From a virus (taxonomy: Duplodnaviria > Caudoviricetes): a DNA stretch of 40,142 nt. The stretch is from the IMG/VR virus record IMGVR_UViG_3300032237_000599, positions 1 to 40,142 of that record; one strand, written 5' to 3'. The notes beneath the pieces are model-generated. The model saw only the letters and a list, made by a program, of their open reading frames with translations, was not told the origin of the DNA and ran no database searches. Made by a program: the position numbers and the translations under genes. Positions 9,230-17,460 of this stretch are shown here, one piece after another. Position 1 is the stretch's first letter; each line of letters starts with the position of its first letter.

Positions 9230-9316
9230 ATGTGTAAAGAATGTGGATCATGTTCAAAAGAACATAACAGAACAATTGATGATTCAATAGATGAAGTATT
9301 AGATGCAGTCATATAG
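9230..9316 (+). CDS. micro-protein MCKECGSC... (28 aa)
   Basis: AAGGGG RBS; manual translation. Confidence 0.5.
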   Translation: MCKECGSCSKEHNRTIDDSIDEVLDAVI

Positions 9317-9382
9317 CTATTGACTGTAACAACAATTTATTATATACTTAAATAATAGAGTTACTAAAGAGAAGAGAAAATT

Positions 9383-9610
9383 ATGTGGTCGTGGATTTTA
9401 GCAGCAATTGGTGTAACTGGCATATTTTTTGTCGGAAGAAAAACTATATGGGGTTGGCTCATACTATTACTAAATGAATGTATTTGGATTGCGTATGCTA
9501 TTGCATCAAAACAATATGGTTTTATTTTTATGGCTACAGCATACTCAATAGTTTATATTAAATCTTATTTAATGTGGAGAGAAGAACAAAGAGCAGGGAT
9601 GTGGATTTAA
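9383..9610 (+). CDS. small membrane protein, PnuC-like
   Basis: Three TM segments, MWSWILAAIGVTG..WGW..QYGF. Confidence 0.65.
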   Translation: MWSWILAAIGVTGIFFVGRKTIWGWLILLLNECIWIAYAIASKQYGFIFMATAYSIVYIKSYLMWREEQRAGMWI

Positions 9611-9913
9611 ATGATTAAACCATTAGGTGGAATGTTATTGATTACAAAGATCGAGTCGGGAGAAAAGACAACCAAGACAGGTTTAGTTATTTCATCAGTG
9701 ATCTCGGACACAGGGCCTAAACTAGGTACAGTAATTGCAATGGGTCCAGGAGAAGCTAATTATAAAGGTGATCTTGTGCCTATTAATGGTATTTCTGTTG
9801 GAGATATTGTATATTATCCAGAATACAACGGTACAGACATAGAAGATGATGATGGCAATAAGTACCTTTTGATTCATTCTAAAGTATTACTAGCTATTAA
9901 AACAATTGACTAG
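9611..9913 (+). CDS. groES: co-chaperonin GroES-like
   Basis: IKPLG..TKTGLVI..GTVIAMGPG..VGDIVYY. Confidence 0.88.
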   Translation: MIKPLGGMLLITKIESGEKTTKTGLVISSVISDTGPKLGTVIAMGPGEANYKGDLVPINGISVGDIVYYPEYNGTDIEDDDGNKYLLIHSKVLLAIKTID

Positions 9914-9968
9914 AATATAGATCTAAATTGATCGAAAGTGCGAAAAGTGCGGCGAGAGAGAGAAGCAA

Positions 9969-10118
9969 TTGATTAATTCGGAACAATTTGATAGAGAGTT
10001 CGATCTTGAATCCATGCTAGACGCATGGAAAATAGATCCACAAACGCAGGAATTACTTAGCAGATTAGGTTCTGACTATGACGAAAATGGAATACCATAT
10101 TGGGAGAAAAATGATTGA
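9969..10118 (+). CDS. hypothetical acidic protein (49 aa)
   Basis: TTG start, manual translation INSEQFDREFDLESMLDAWKIDP... Confidence 0.55.
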   Translation: MINSEQFDREFDLESMLDAWKIDPQTQELLSRLGSDYDENGIPYWEKND

Positions 10119-10374
10119 TAGATTGGTCAACTTATTTTTTAGGTGGGGAAACCTAAGAGAAGCACTATTTGCTGAAGTTCATATGTATGATGAAGTAAGT
10201 AAAAGTATAAAAGAATATAAAGAAACGGGACCAACCAATCTAACTTGGTCTGAAGGTGATACTTGGTATGGATGGACATATAATAGTAACGCCAGACGTT
10301 ATTATTTTGATGATATTGGTAATAAATCTCTAATGGGCCTATGGGAAAATCAGTGGGAATGGGAGAAAAAGTGA
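10111..10374 (+). CDS. hypothetical Trp-rich protein
   Basis: ORF track; GGAG RBS before ATG 10111. Confidence 0.7.
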   Translation: MIDRLVNLFFRWGNLREALFAEVHMYDEVSKSIKEYKETGPTNLTWSEGDTWYGWTYNSNARRYYFDDIGNKSLMGLWENQWEWEKK

Positions 10375-10520
10375 ATCGAAAAGTGAAGAGAAGAACATCA
10401 TTTGCAGCATTTTTGTTATCTTCTGTATTGCTCATATTAGGAATATTTAAGATAGTACAAATTGATGAAATTGATCTCGATGGTGCATTTGAAGAGCCAT
10501 TGGATCATATAGATGATTAA
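10371..10520 (+). CDS. small single-TM protein
   Basis: GTGA overlap, hydrophobic core, acidic tail. Confidence 0.55.
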   Translation: MNRKVKRRTSFAAFLLSSVLLILGIFKIVQIDEIDLDGAFEEPLDHIDD

Positions 10521-10659
10521 GTCCTGGTTGACTAAGAATATTATATGTAGAATTAAAAATCACAATCTTAAAGATGTGGGATCTTGCCCATATAATGGAA
10601 ACGCCTATTATGTATGCATTAGGTGTTTATATGTATTTCCTAGAGAGAAGTTAGCATGA
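10513..10659 (+). CDS. small Cys/His protein
   Basis: CRIKNH..CP..CIRC; overlaps neighbours. Confidence 0.55.
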   Translation: MIKSWLTKNIICRIKNHNLKDVGSCPYNGNAYYVCIRCLYVFPREKLA

Positions 10660-11372
10660 AGCATGAAAATGAAACAATTACCCTAGCGTGGTGTGATGAT
10701 AATAAAGTTTTAGGTAAGTTTGCCTTTGGACTTATGAATATTTTAGTTGAGTCAGATCTGCCAATTGTTAAAGTAATTAGATCAACGGGCGGGTTAGTAG
10801 GAAAGCAACGTGATAATGTTATGAATACTTGGTATAAAAATAACACATCGGATTGGATTCTATGGGTTGATTCAGATGTTGTTTTAACTATAGATAAATT
10901 AAAGCTTCTTTGGGAACATGCAGATAAAGATACACATAAGATTATTAGTGGAGTTTACTTTATTTCATTCCAGAAAGAAGAGCCTATGATGGAACCAGTT
11001 CCTTGCATATTTAAGGAATTTGTAGACAATGGTGTATCTACCATGCGTCCAGTATCTGGAATTAGTATGGATCTAGAAGTTACTTCATTTAATGGATTTG
11101 AGCCAGACAAGTTGATCGAAATTGCAGCAGCTGGATTTGGATTTTTGCTGATTCATCGATCAGTCTGGGAAGAGGTTAAGAAAATATGTCCAGATAGATC
11201 CCCATTTGATGGAGGATTCTGGTCGACTGAAGATATTCCATTCTTTAGACATGTTAAAGATGCTGGAATTCAGTCATATGCTCATACAGGAGCTACAGTA
11301 GAACATATGAAGATATTCTCGTATGATGTCAATTACTACAATGAATTTTGGCGGGGAGTCATAGGTAAGTGA
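10656..11372 (+). CDS. GT-A fold (GT2-like) glycosyltransferase
   Basis: WILWVDSDV DxD motif, AGFGFLLIHRSV, EDIPFF. Confidence 0.85.
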   Translation: MKHENETITLAWCDDNKVLGKFAFGLMNILVESDLPIVKVIRSTGGLVGKQRDNVMNTWYKNNTSDWILWVDSDVVLTIDKLKLLWEHADKDTHKIISGVYFISFQKEEPMMEPVPCIFKEFVDNGVSTMRPVSGISMDLEVTSFNGFEPDKLIEIAAAGFGFLLIHRSVWEEVKKICPDRSPFDGGFWSTEDIPFFRHVKDAGIQSYAHTGATVEHMKIFSYDVNYYNEFWRGVIGK

Positions 11373-11782
11373 GAGAAGAATCTAAAGTCAAAAAGGCGGG
11401 GATTACCAAAAGAGTCAATACTATCCAATTAGCAAGAGGATGTTGGAACTGTGGATATAGAAAGAATACTAGATCATTAGACTGGGCACATATAGATCCA
11501 TTAACTAAGTATAGAACAAAAGATGGAAAACCAGTTCATATTTCCAAGATGGTAATCCAGGGAGGAAATGGATCTAGATACTCTGAAAGAACTATAATGA
11601 GAGAGATACCTAAATGTATCGTTCTTTGCAGAAATTGTCATGCTGAATTTGATTTCCCAGAGGCCAATACTGGCCTAGAAAATTATCCAATTTTGCATGA
11701 GACTGCTATATCCCCCGCCGACTTTATGGTCCTCTATGAGGCTTATAAGGGCTTATATGACCTATATATAGAGAAACCATAG
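11369..11782 (+). CDS. HNH endonuclease-like protein
   Basis: CWNCG..DWAHIDP..KCIVLCRNCH. Confidence 0.8.
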   Translation: MREESKVKKAGITKRVNTIQLARGCWNCGYRKNTRSLDWAHIDPLTKYRTKDGKPVHISKMVIQGGNGSRYSERTIMREIPKCIVLCRNCHAEFDFPEANTGLENYPILHETAISPADFMVLYEAYKGLYDLYIEKP

Positions 11783-12200
11783 GAAAATATTACTATCAAT
11801 TTACTATCGATTACTATCTAATTAGATATAGATATATATTCATGTAATTGAGCATCCCCCAAAACTCCCCATAATACTCCACTTTGCTCCACATAGACCA
11901 TATAGGCATATATATGCCATGTTGTCAATAGAGCATATGTTCAGGGATTTGTCAATACCTCTCGTAAATAGGAAAAATGGCCCACAATTTCATAGAAAAT
12001 TTTCACAGATTCTGATCTATATTATGTATATTTAAACAGATAATCATTTATATGGATCTTATTCTGTGAGATTTTATAGGAGCTTTCAGGGATTTTATTC
12101 ATGTGTTCGTAAAAGCAATAAGTCGCCCTCATTTTATCCACAAAAAAATCCACAGGCTGTGGATAACCTGTGGATAATTCTGGGCTAGATATGTTTAATT
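11783..12200. other. AT-rich non-coding junction with iteron-like repeats and DnaA boxes (candidate origin/terminus)
   Basis: TTACTATC x3 (11790, 11801, 11811); TTATCCACA-type boxes at 12134, 12158, 12169; convergent transcription. Confidence 0.5.
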
Positions 12201-12203
12201 GAT

Positions 12204-12470
12204 CTATACTATCTTATGTATATTGATTACTTCTGCAAGATGAGATGCTAACATTGTTCCCGCCGAAGTTTGACCATGCTCCCAGTCTGACTGGAATCTG
12301 CGGTCTTGTTGCTCAATGATTGCTTTCAGCAATTCCATAATTTCGTCCTGAGCATACAATGTATTATTATTTACTAATAGATTTGCTAGGATTGTGTAAT
12401 CGAATCTTACATCATGGATTGCTTCTGTGATTTTATCTGCTAACTTTTCTTCTGCTGTCTTCTTTGCCAT
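12204..12470 (-). CDS. hypothetical protein
   Basis: ORF track; likely start MAKKTAEEK. Confidence 0.75.
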   Translation of the reverse strand: MAKKTAEEKLADKITEAIHDVRFDYTILANLLVNNNTLYAQDEIMELLKAIIEQQDRRFQSDWEHGQTSAGTMLASHLAEVINIHKIV

Positions 12471-12559
12471 GGTCCGCCTGTCCTTTGTTAAGTTGTTAAT
12501 TCTACCATTTAAGAAGAAGGCTGGCAAGTCGCCCTGCCAGCCTCTTCGACCCAACCGCC

Positions 12560-12709
12560 TTACTTAGCCTTACTGACCTTTGGTTCCTCCGTGAAGGTTA
12601 TTCCCTTTGTAAGGGCCTCCTGTAGAGCTACCTTGGCTGCTCCTGAGAAACGGCCACGGGCACCAACTGTAATTCCTTGCTGCTTTAGATATTCACGCTT
12701 TGTAGTCAT
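12560..12709 (-). CDS. Lsr2 DNA-binding-domain-like mini protein (49 aa)
   Basis: MTTKREYLKQQGITVGARGRFSGAAKVALQEA...: RE(W/Y)..G..V..RGR motif; own TTTACA-17-TATAAT promoter and downstream hairpin. Confidence 0.75.
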   Translation of the reverse strand: MTTKREYLKQQGITVGARGRFSGAAKVALQEALTKGITFTEEPKVSKAK

Positions 12710-12792
12710 TTGTTTGTCCTTTCTAGACAAGTGTTTATATTTATTATATACGATATTTACGATTCTGTAAATACCCCGCCGATATTAAGTTG

Positions 12793-12999
12793 TTATAGGA
12801 TTTGCCCGTCTTGGGGAATTCCTAATTCTTCATTCATTTCTACTACGTCTATTACTTCAATTACGTAGTCATTTTCTACCTCAAACCAATCACTAGTTTG
12901 TCTTTGATTTGCTATGTCATATGCTTCAACTGGGTCGGCAGCAGAGACATCCATATAATAGTTTAATTCTTTATTCCCATATACCCTATACGTTGGCAA
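12793..12999 (-). CDS. hypothetical protein
   Basis: ORF track. Confidence 0.65.
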   Translation of the reverse strand: MPTYRVYGNKELNYYMDVSAADPVEAYDIANQRQTSDWFEVENDYVIEVIDVVEMNEELGIPQDGQIL

Positions 13000-13213
13000 G
13001 TTCTCGTTCCTCCCATTCCGCTAATGTTCTAACTGTAAAATCCTTACCTAGATTATAACAAAATTCAACTGCTTCTGTCAATAACTCTGTCTCAAATATT
13101 GGGACAGATACAGGATCAATTTCAGATTTATCATAGATCTCAAATGTCCTGACTCCCCCAGGTGAGACATCATATGCAATTTCCAGGATTTCTAGACTAA
13201 TTCCGTATGACAT
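12986..13213 (-). CDS. hypothetical protein
   Basis: ORF track, GGAG RBS. Confidence 0.7.
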   Translation of the reverse strand: MSYGISLEILEIAYDVSPGGVRTFEIYDKSEIDPVSVPIFETELLTEAVEFCYNLGKDFTVRTLAEWEERELANV

Positions 13214-13214
13214 G

Positions 13215-13355
13215 CTATGCTCCCTCAGTTTGTTCAATGCGATCTTTAATTAATTTACTAATGATGTTGTGTGCTTCAATGTTTTCAGTTTCGCTGCCAC
13301 CCCACAAAAGCTTTTGGGCTTGGGCCAACTGATCATTAATGTACGTGTCACTCAT
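13215..13355 (-). CDS. hypothetical protein (46 aa)
   Basis: Manual translation MSDTYINDQLAQAQKLLWGGSETENIEAH... Confidence 0.6.
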   Translation of the reverse strand: MSDTYINDQLAQAQKLLWGGSETENIEAHNIISKLIKDRIEQTEGA

Positions 13356-13662
13356 CTTCATCTTCGTCCTCTTCCTCCTCAAACATGGAATCTACCATGT
13401 AGTCACGATTTAACATCCATTCCATAACATCTTCATGATGTTGTTCAGCGCCATACTCTAGAGAGAACCCCATGCCTGCCTCTACAGCCTCACAGAGGTG
13501 TCCCCACATTTGGTCTTCAGTTGCCTTCATGACAAACGTTTCGTCTGTCATTAAATTCTTGATTGTACTCCATGTCCACAACCATACTAATGAGAGACCT
13601 AGGTCCGTGTCATCTAGAATCTCTAAACATTTGTTTAGTTTATCTTTGTCTTCAGGCTTCAT
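13348..13662 (-). CDS. hypothetical acidic-tailed protein
   Basis: ORF track, AAGGAG RBS. Confidence 0.75.
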   Translation of the reverse strand: MKPEDKDKLNKCLEILDDTDLGLSLVWLWTWSTIKNLMTDETFVMKATEDQMWGHLCEAVEAGMGFSLEYGAEQHHEDVMEWMLNRDYMVDSMFEEEEDEDEDE

Positions 13663-13915
13663 CCCGTGCTCCTTTCGCAAAAGCAATGTCATATGTCAAT
13701 TTGTACAAATCTCCTAGAGCGTCAAGGTACCCTTCTAGGTGTAAGCGGTCCACGGTTTGGTCATACTGTTCATCATCTTGATTTGTATATTCAGATAACT
13801 TGTTTTCTGTTTCAACCATTAGGACCTTTAGTTCGCCATGCATTATATCTGCTCCGTCCATGCCCAAGTTGACCATGCGTTGCATATGAGGCGGAAGTTC
13901 AAAAGTATCAGTCAT
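13652..13915 (-). CDS. hypothetical protein
   Basis: AACGAAAGG RBS, promoter at 13942-13963. Confidence 0.75.
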   Translation of the reverse strand: MTDTFELPPHMQRMVNLGMDGADIMHGELKVLMVETENKLSEYTNQDDEQYDQTVDRLHLEGYLDALGDLYKLTYDIAFAKGARDEA

Positions 13916-14207
13916 TGTTATACCTTTCGTTAGTTTCATTCATTATATCAGTTGCCACTGACAATAAATGTTCTGTTGCCTGGATTTGTCCCTTTAAATA
14001 ATCATATCCTTCACCTTGAAGAGCATTCTCCAAATCCTGGTTAAGACTAATTAGATGTATCTTCATATACTCTAGGAACTTAGAAGACTTTGTTTCTATT
14101 TTATTATATTCCTCTTGGTCACATCTATAGCATGTAACATTTTCATCCTCCGTATAAAGCATTCCTGCCCCACATGAGGAACACCATGATTGGTCATACA
14201 TTCCCAT
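13908..14207 (-). CDS. hypothetical zinc-ribbon protein
   Basis: CSSC...CYRC. Confidence 0.7.
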   Translation of the reverse strand: MGMYDQSWCSSCGAGMLYTEDENVTCYRCDQEEYNKIETKSSKFLEYMKIHLISLNQDLENALQGEGYDYLKGQIQATEHLLSVATDIMNETNERYNND

Positions 14208-14320
14208 TATGCTCCCAACCCATCTGACTTACCAGTTTCAATACACTCTTTGCATACATACCAACCACCTTCAATTGTTATGTAATCTGCTAATCCTTCA
14301 CAGATACAACATTCATCCAT
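14207..14320 (-). CDS. small Cys-rich protein (37 aa)
   Basis: MDECCICEG...CKEC; TAATG overlaps. Confidence 0.55.
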   Translation of the reverse strand: MDECCICEGLADYITIEGGWYVCKECIETGKSDGLGA

Positions 14321-14493
14321 TAGTCAAAATACCCTTCTGCCCATAGGCCTTGCATGAAACTAACAGACATTTCTAAATCTTTAACTAATTCAGCTTTGTC
14401 AATTAAATTGGACGGAGTTCTAAGATAGAATAACTTAGCATCATGTACAGCATTAATCATTCTATTTAGATCGGATTCAGTATAGCCTAACAT
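14320..14493 (-). CDS. hypothetical protein (57 aa)
   Basis: MLGYTESDLNRMINAVHDAK...GLWAEGYFD; TAATG overlaps. Confidence 0.65.
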   Translation of the reverse strand: MLGYTESDLNRMINAVHDAKLFYLRTPSNLIDKAELVKDLEMSVSFMQGLWAEGYFD

Positions 14494-14645
14494 TATGCTA
14501 CCTCATATTCATGTAAGTAGTTTAATACATTGTGAATAATACAATCACAATCTTCCCCGCCCATATTATCCATAAACTCTAGATGACTAGAATTTTCCTC
14601 ATACAGATAAAGAATTACTTTATCAAACATCTCTAACATTGTCAT
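14493..14645 (-). CDS. hypothetical protein (50 aa)
   Basis: Manual translation; GGAA RBS; overlaps. Confidence 0.55.
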   Translation of the reverse strand: MTMLEMFDKVILYLYEENSSHLEFMDNMGGEDCDCIIHNVLNYLHEYEVA

Positions 14646-15427
14646 GCTTCCACCTTTCTATATTCGGGTACTTTAGTGTCTAAGTATATCTTATGGGTCT
14701 GACATTCTGCGACAGCCTCTAGGTCTGCCTCGCCAAGCCAATTGCAGTTACTACAGATTTCACCACATTCATTTTCGCAGTAATCTAATGTATTATATGA
14801 ATCACAATCTCTGCATTGATTATCATATTCAACTAGTTCTGTTACATTACCACGAACAATCTCATATTCCCCACCCCAACCTGTCTCTTCCTCAAACTCT
14901 AAAGTAAGCAGGCAGTTAGGAACAAGATTAGATAGTTTAGTTAAGATAGTTACAGCAGGAGACCATGCAGTTTCATATTTATATACAAGCCAGTTGTCAT
15001 CACCTTCTGACTTATATTGAATTAGTTCTGTATTTGGATACTTGTCATCATCTGATACAGCAACATCCCACTTAGTTCCCCAATTAGAATTGTTCCAAGA
15101 ATACCAATCCTTCTGTGTCTTGGCATGTGCTACCTCTTGTGCAAACCAATTAGGGTCTTTCATGTCTGCACCTGAACGTGTTGGCTGGCAGGCATATTCC
15201 TCATCAGTAATGCCGTCATCTTTATATGAATGAATGTTGAAGAAAGCAAAGACAGGATTAGAATAAGTTACTTCTTTAATTTTGGTGGGGAAACCCATAG
15301 AACTAATATCACCCATACCATAAGTCTCTTGTGCTAATGTAAAAGGCTTATTCAGTCTATCCTTAATCATATCTATTTCATCCTTTGGACCTTGAATGGT
15401 CAAAGTGTTATATACCCAGTTTGGCAT
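14642..15427 (-). CDS. DUF1281/YubB (Api92)-like ferredoxin-fold protein
   Basis: MPNWVYNTL, WYSWNNSNWGTKWD, ETAWSP motifs. Confidence 0.8.
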   Translation of the reverse strand: MPNWVYNTLTIQGPKDEIDMIKDRLNKPFTLAQETYGMGDISSMGFPTKIKEVTYSNPVFAFFNIHSYKDDGITDEEYACQPTRSGADMKDPNWFAQEVAHAKTQKDWYSWNNSNWGTKWDVAVSDDDKYPNTELIQYKSEGDDNWLVYKYETAWSPAVTILTKLSNLVPNCLLTLEFEEETGWGGEYEIVRGNVTELVEYDNQCRDCDSYNTLDYCENECGEICSNCNWLGEADLEAVAECQTHKIYLDTKVPEYRKVEA

Positions 15428-15590
15428 TTGATATCCTTTCGTTGATATGGCTTAATTGTAACATGCACCACTGACAATTGTATATAGGATATTCGTGTGA
15501 TTCACACCACATGATCTCAAAGCTTGAGAATTCTGGGAAATATATTTGACATCCGTAAAACACTTATGATACCCTCATGTACTTGTGGGC

Positions 15591-15724
15591 AATAAAAAAC
15601 CCAGCTTGCGCTGGGTTAGATATTTGAGGCTGCTAGGACAAACGAAAGGAAGTAACCTGCCTTACTTAGCGACTAGGAGATCTCCTATTAGCCGCACCTC
15701 AATTTGAAAACAGGCCCCTGGCCT
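15591..15724 (-). ncRNA. candidate anti-RBS small RNA (~130 nt)
   Basis: TTGACA-18-TATAAT promoter (15760-15731), intrinsic terminator ACCCAGC gcaa GCTGGGT TTTTT, no ORF, stem UUGAGG..CCUCAA; carries UUCCUUUCGUUUGU. Confidence 0.65.
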
Positions 15725-15756
15725 AATATAATTATAGTCGACCAAGGGCTCAGTTG

Positions 15757-16161
15757 TCAAACGGAGAGAGTTACATCTGAATACTTTTCCACAAAGGCTG
15801 AAAGGTCCATTGTGAATAGCGCTTCATTCTTCATTCCCCGTACTTTATTGTCAGTATTAGCAAACGTGTCTTCCTCGTGAAGAGAGAAGGTTCGTCCCTT
15901 CCAATCAATGACTGGAATTTTGTGCTCATTATCTGCAATCTCATTTACCTGCAGGCCCCAGCCAGTCTCAGAGGACCAACCGTTTCCAATCATTTGTGAA
16001 ATTGCTATACGTGTTGCATATGATTCATCCGTCCACCGTGGCTCAGCCTTGGCTACAGCCTCAGCCAAGTTAGCAAGCATGCCATGACCTGCCCAGTGTC
16101 CATATAGTACAATTGTCTCGCCGTTGTTCTGCACAAACACGAAGTTCGCTCTATCTCCCAT
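15757..16161 (-). CDS. hypothetical phage protein
   Basis: MGDRANF..VLYGHWAG; ORF track. Confidence 0.8.
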   Translation of the reverse strand: MGDRANFVFVQNNGETIVLYGHWAGHGMLANLAEAVAKAEPRWTDESYATRIAISQMIGNGWSSETGWGLQVNEIADNEHKIPVIDWKGRTFSLHEEDTFANTDNKVRGMKNEALFTMDLSAFVEKYSDVTLSV

Positions 16162-16373
16162 TATATTTCCGCCGTTTCTGTTAGTTGGATTTCTTCTTCT
16201 ACTATATTCAATTGTATAACTTCATAGGCCACCTTGTCAAGGCCTGCCTTATTTTTATTGTAGTGGTGCCCACAAAATGCTAACTCACCATCAACTAGTT
16301 TAATTAGATACATTGCTTGAGCAGTCCTACATTGGTCGCAGCCAATCCATCTATTTAAATCTTCTGTAGTCAT
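16161..16373 (-). CDS. small zinc-finger-like protein
   Basis: CDQC..AQA..LAFCGHH. Confidence 0.75.
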   Translation of the reverse strand: MTTEDLNRWIGCDQCRTAQAMYLIKLVDGELAFCGHHYNKNKAGLDKVAYEVIQLNIVEEEIQLTETAEI

Positions 16374-16516
16374 AGTTTACCGCCTTCTATCATCTCAGAT
16401 AATCTATCTAGAATCCAAGAATCAATATCAGCGATGTCAATCTCTGCAAGCTTCTCCATGATTTCCTCACGGGCAAACTTATAACCATCTTGAAATCCAT
16501 CCTTGTAATCTGACAC
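16370..16516 (-). CDS. hypothetical protein (48 aa)
   Basis: GTG start after GGAG; SDYKDGFQDGYKFAREE... Confidence 0.65.
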   Translation of the reverse strand: MSDYKDGFQDGYKFAREEIMEKLAEIDIADIDSWILDRLSEMIEGGKL

Positions 16517-16517
16517 T

Positions 16518-16730
16518 TTATCTCCCTGTATATCCTGTTGGCTCGTAGTCCGAAATATATGATTCCTTTAAACCATATTTGTCACGAATGCGTGACACTT
16601 TCTCAATGCTACCAGTTCCTATATTGAATGTCAACGGTGATAATGCCTGTGGGTCAAGCCCAATCATTTGTGCGTCCCAATAGGCCATCTCCATGGATAG
16701 CCTATCGGGAGCGGTGAGTTCAAAGTACAT
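16518..16730 (-). CDS. hypothetical protein
   Basis: ORF track. Confidence 0.7.
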   Translation of the reverse strand: MYFELTAPDRLSMEMAYWDAQMIGLDPQALSPLTFNIGTGSIEKVSRIRDKYGLKESYISDYEPTGYTGR

Positions 16731-17191
16731 TAGTTCTCACGCACATTCGTAACTTCAGTATCGCAAACTTCAACGTTACCATTCTGAGATTCAACATAAA
16801 GGTTGTCGTAGATTTCCTGCTCAACATCTACATCACCTTCAAGCAAATCAACTGTAATAGTTCCGCTAACTTCAATTGTTGCAGACCATTCAATCTCTTT
16901 AACTAGAGGAATGTCTAGCGCTTCAGCAATTGCACGTAGTGTATCTTGGTCATCTGAATCAGCATAAGCCTCAGAAATAATATCTTTAACTGCACCAATC
17001 TTTGATTGAAGAGTTGATACTGCTTTAGAATTTGTGCGGGAATTATGAAGTTCCCATTCTATATTACGTACCTTATCTGTAGCATATGTTTCATCGGAGA
17101 ATCCTTTGATAACTTTATATGTAACTAGTAAATCAGGGTTGTACTTCTCTGAATCTGATAGTGGCAGATTCTCTGTTGTCATTCCGTCCAT
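16730..17191 (-). CDS. hypothetical acidic protein
   Basis: AAACGAAAGGAA RBS before MDGMTT. Confidence 0.75.
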   Translation of the reverse strand: MDGMTTENLPLSDSEKYNPDLLVTYKVIKGFSDETYATDKVRNIEWELHNSRTNSKAVSTLQSKIGAVKDIISEAYADSDDQDTLRAIAEALDIPLVKEIEWSATIEVSGTITVDLLEGDVDVEQEIYDNLYVESQNGNVEVCDTEVTNVREN

Positions 17192-17341
17192 TGTATTTCC
17201 TTTCGTTTGGGTTAATGGTGCAATTGTAGCATGCTCCACTGACATTCACAAGGATTTCGGGAAAAAATTTATGTGATCCGTAACACATGCTGCAGGCCCT
17301 TAAGTATGGGGGCATCTCATATATTGATATTATAATCTCAG

Positions 17342-17415
17342 CGACCTGTATGGGACTTGAACCCACGACCTCTACCGTGACAGGGTAGCGCTCTAACCAA
17401 CTGAGCTAACAGATC
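17342..17415 (-). tRNA. tRNA-Asp (GTC)
   Basis: GATCTGTTAGCTCAGTTGGTTAGAGCGCTACCCT-GTC-ACGGTAGAGGTCGTGGGTTCAAGTCCCATACAGGTCG; no encoded CCA. Confidence 0.93.
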
Positions 17416-17460
17416 AAAAAAATTGTGAGCAGTTTTAAATCATGCTCAGGATTTTTTTAT

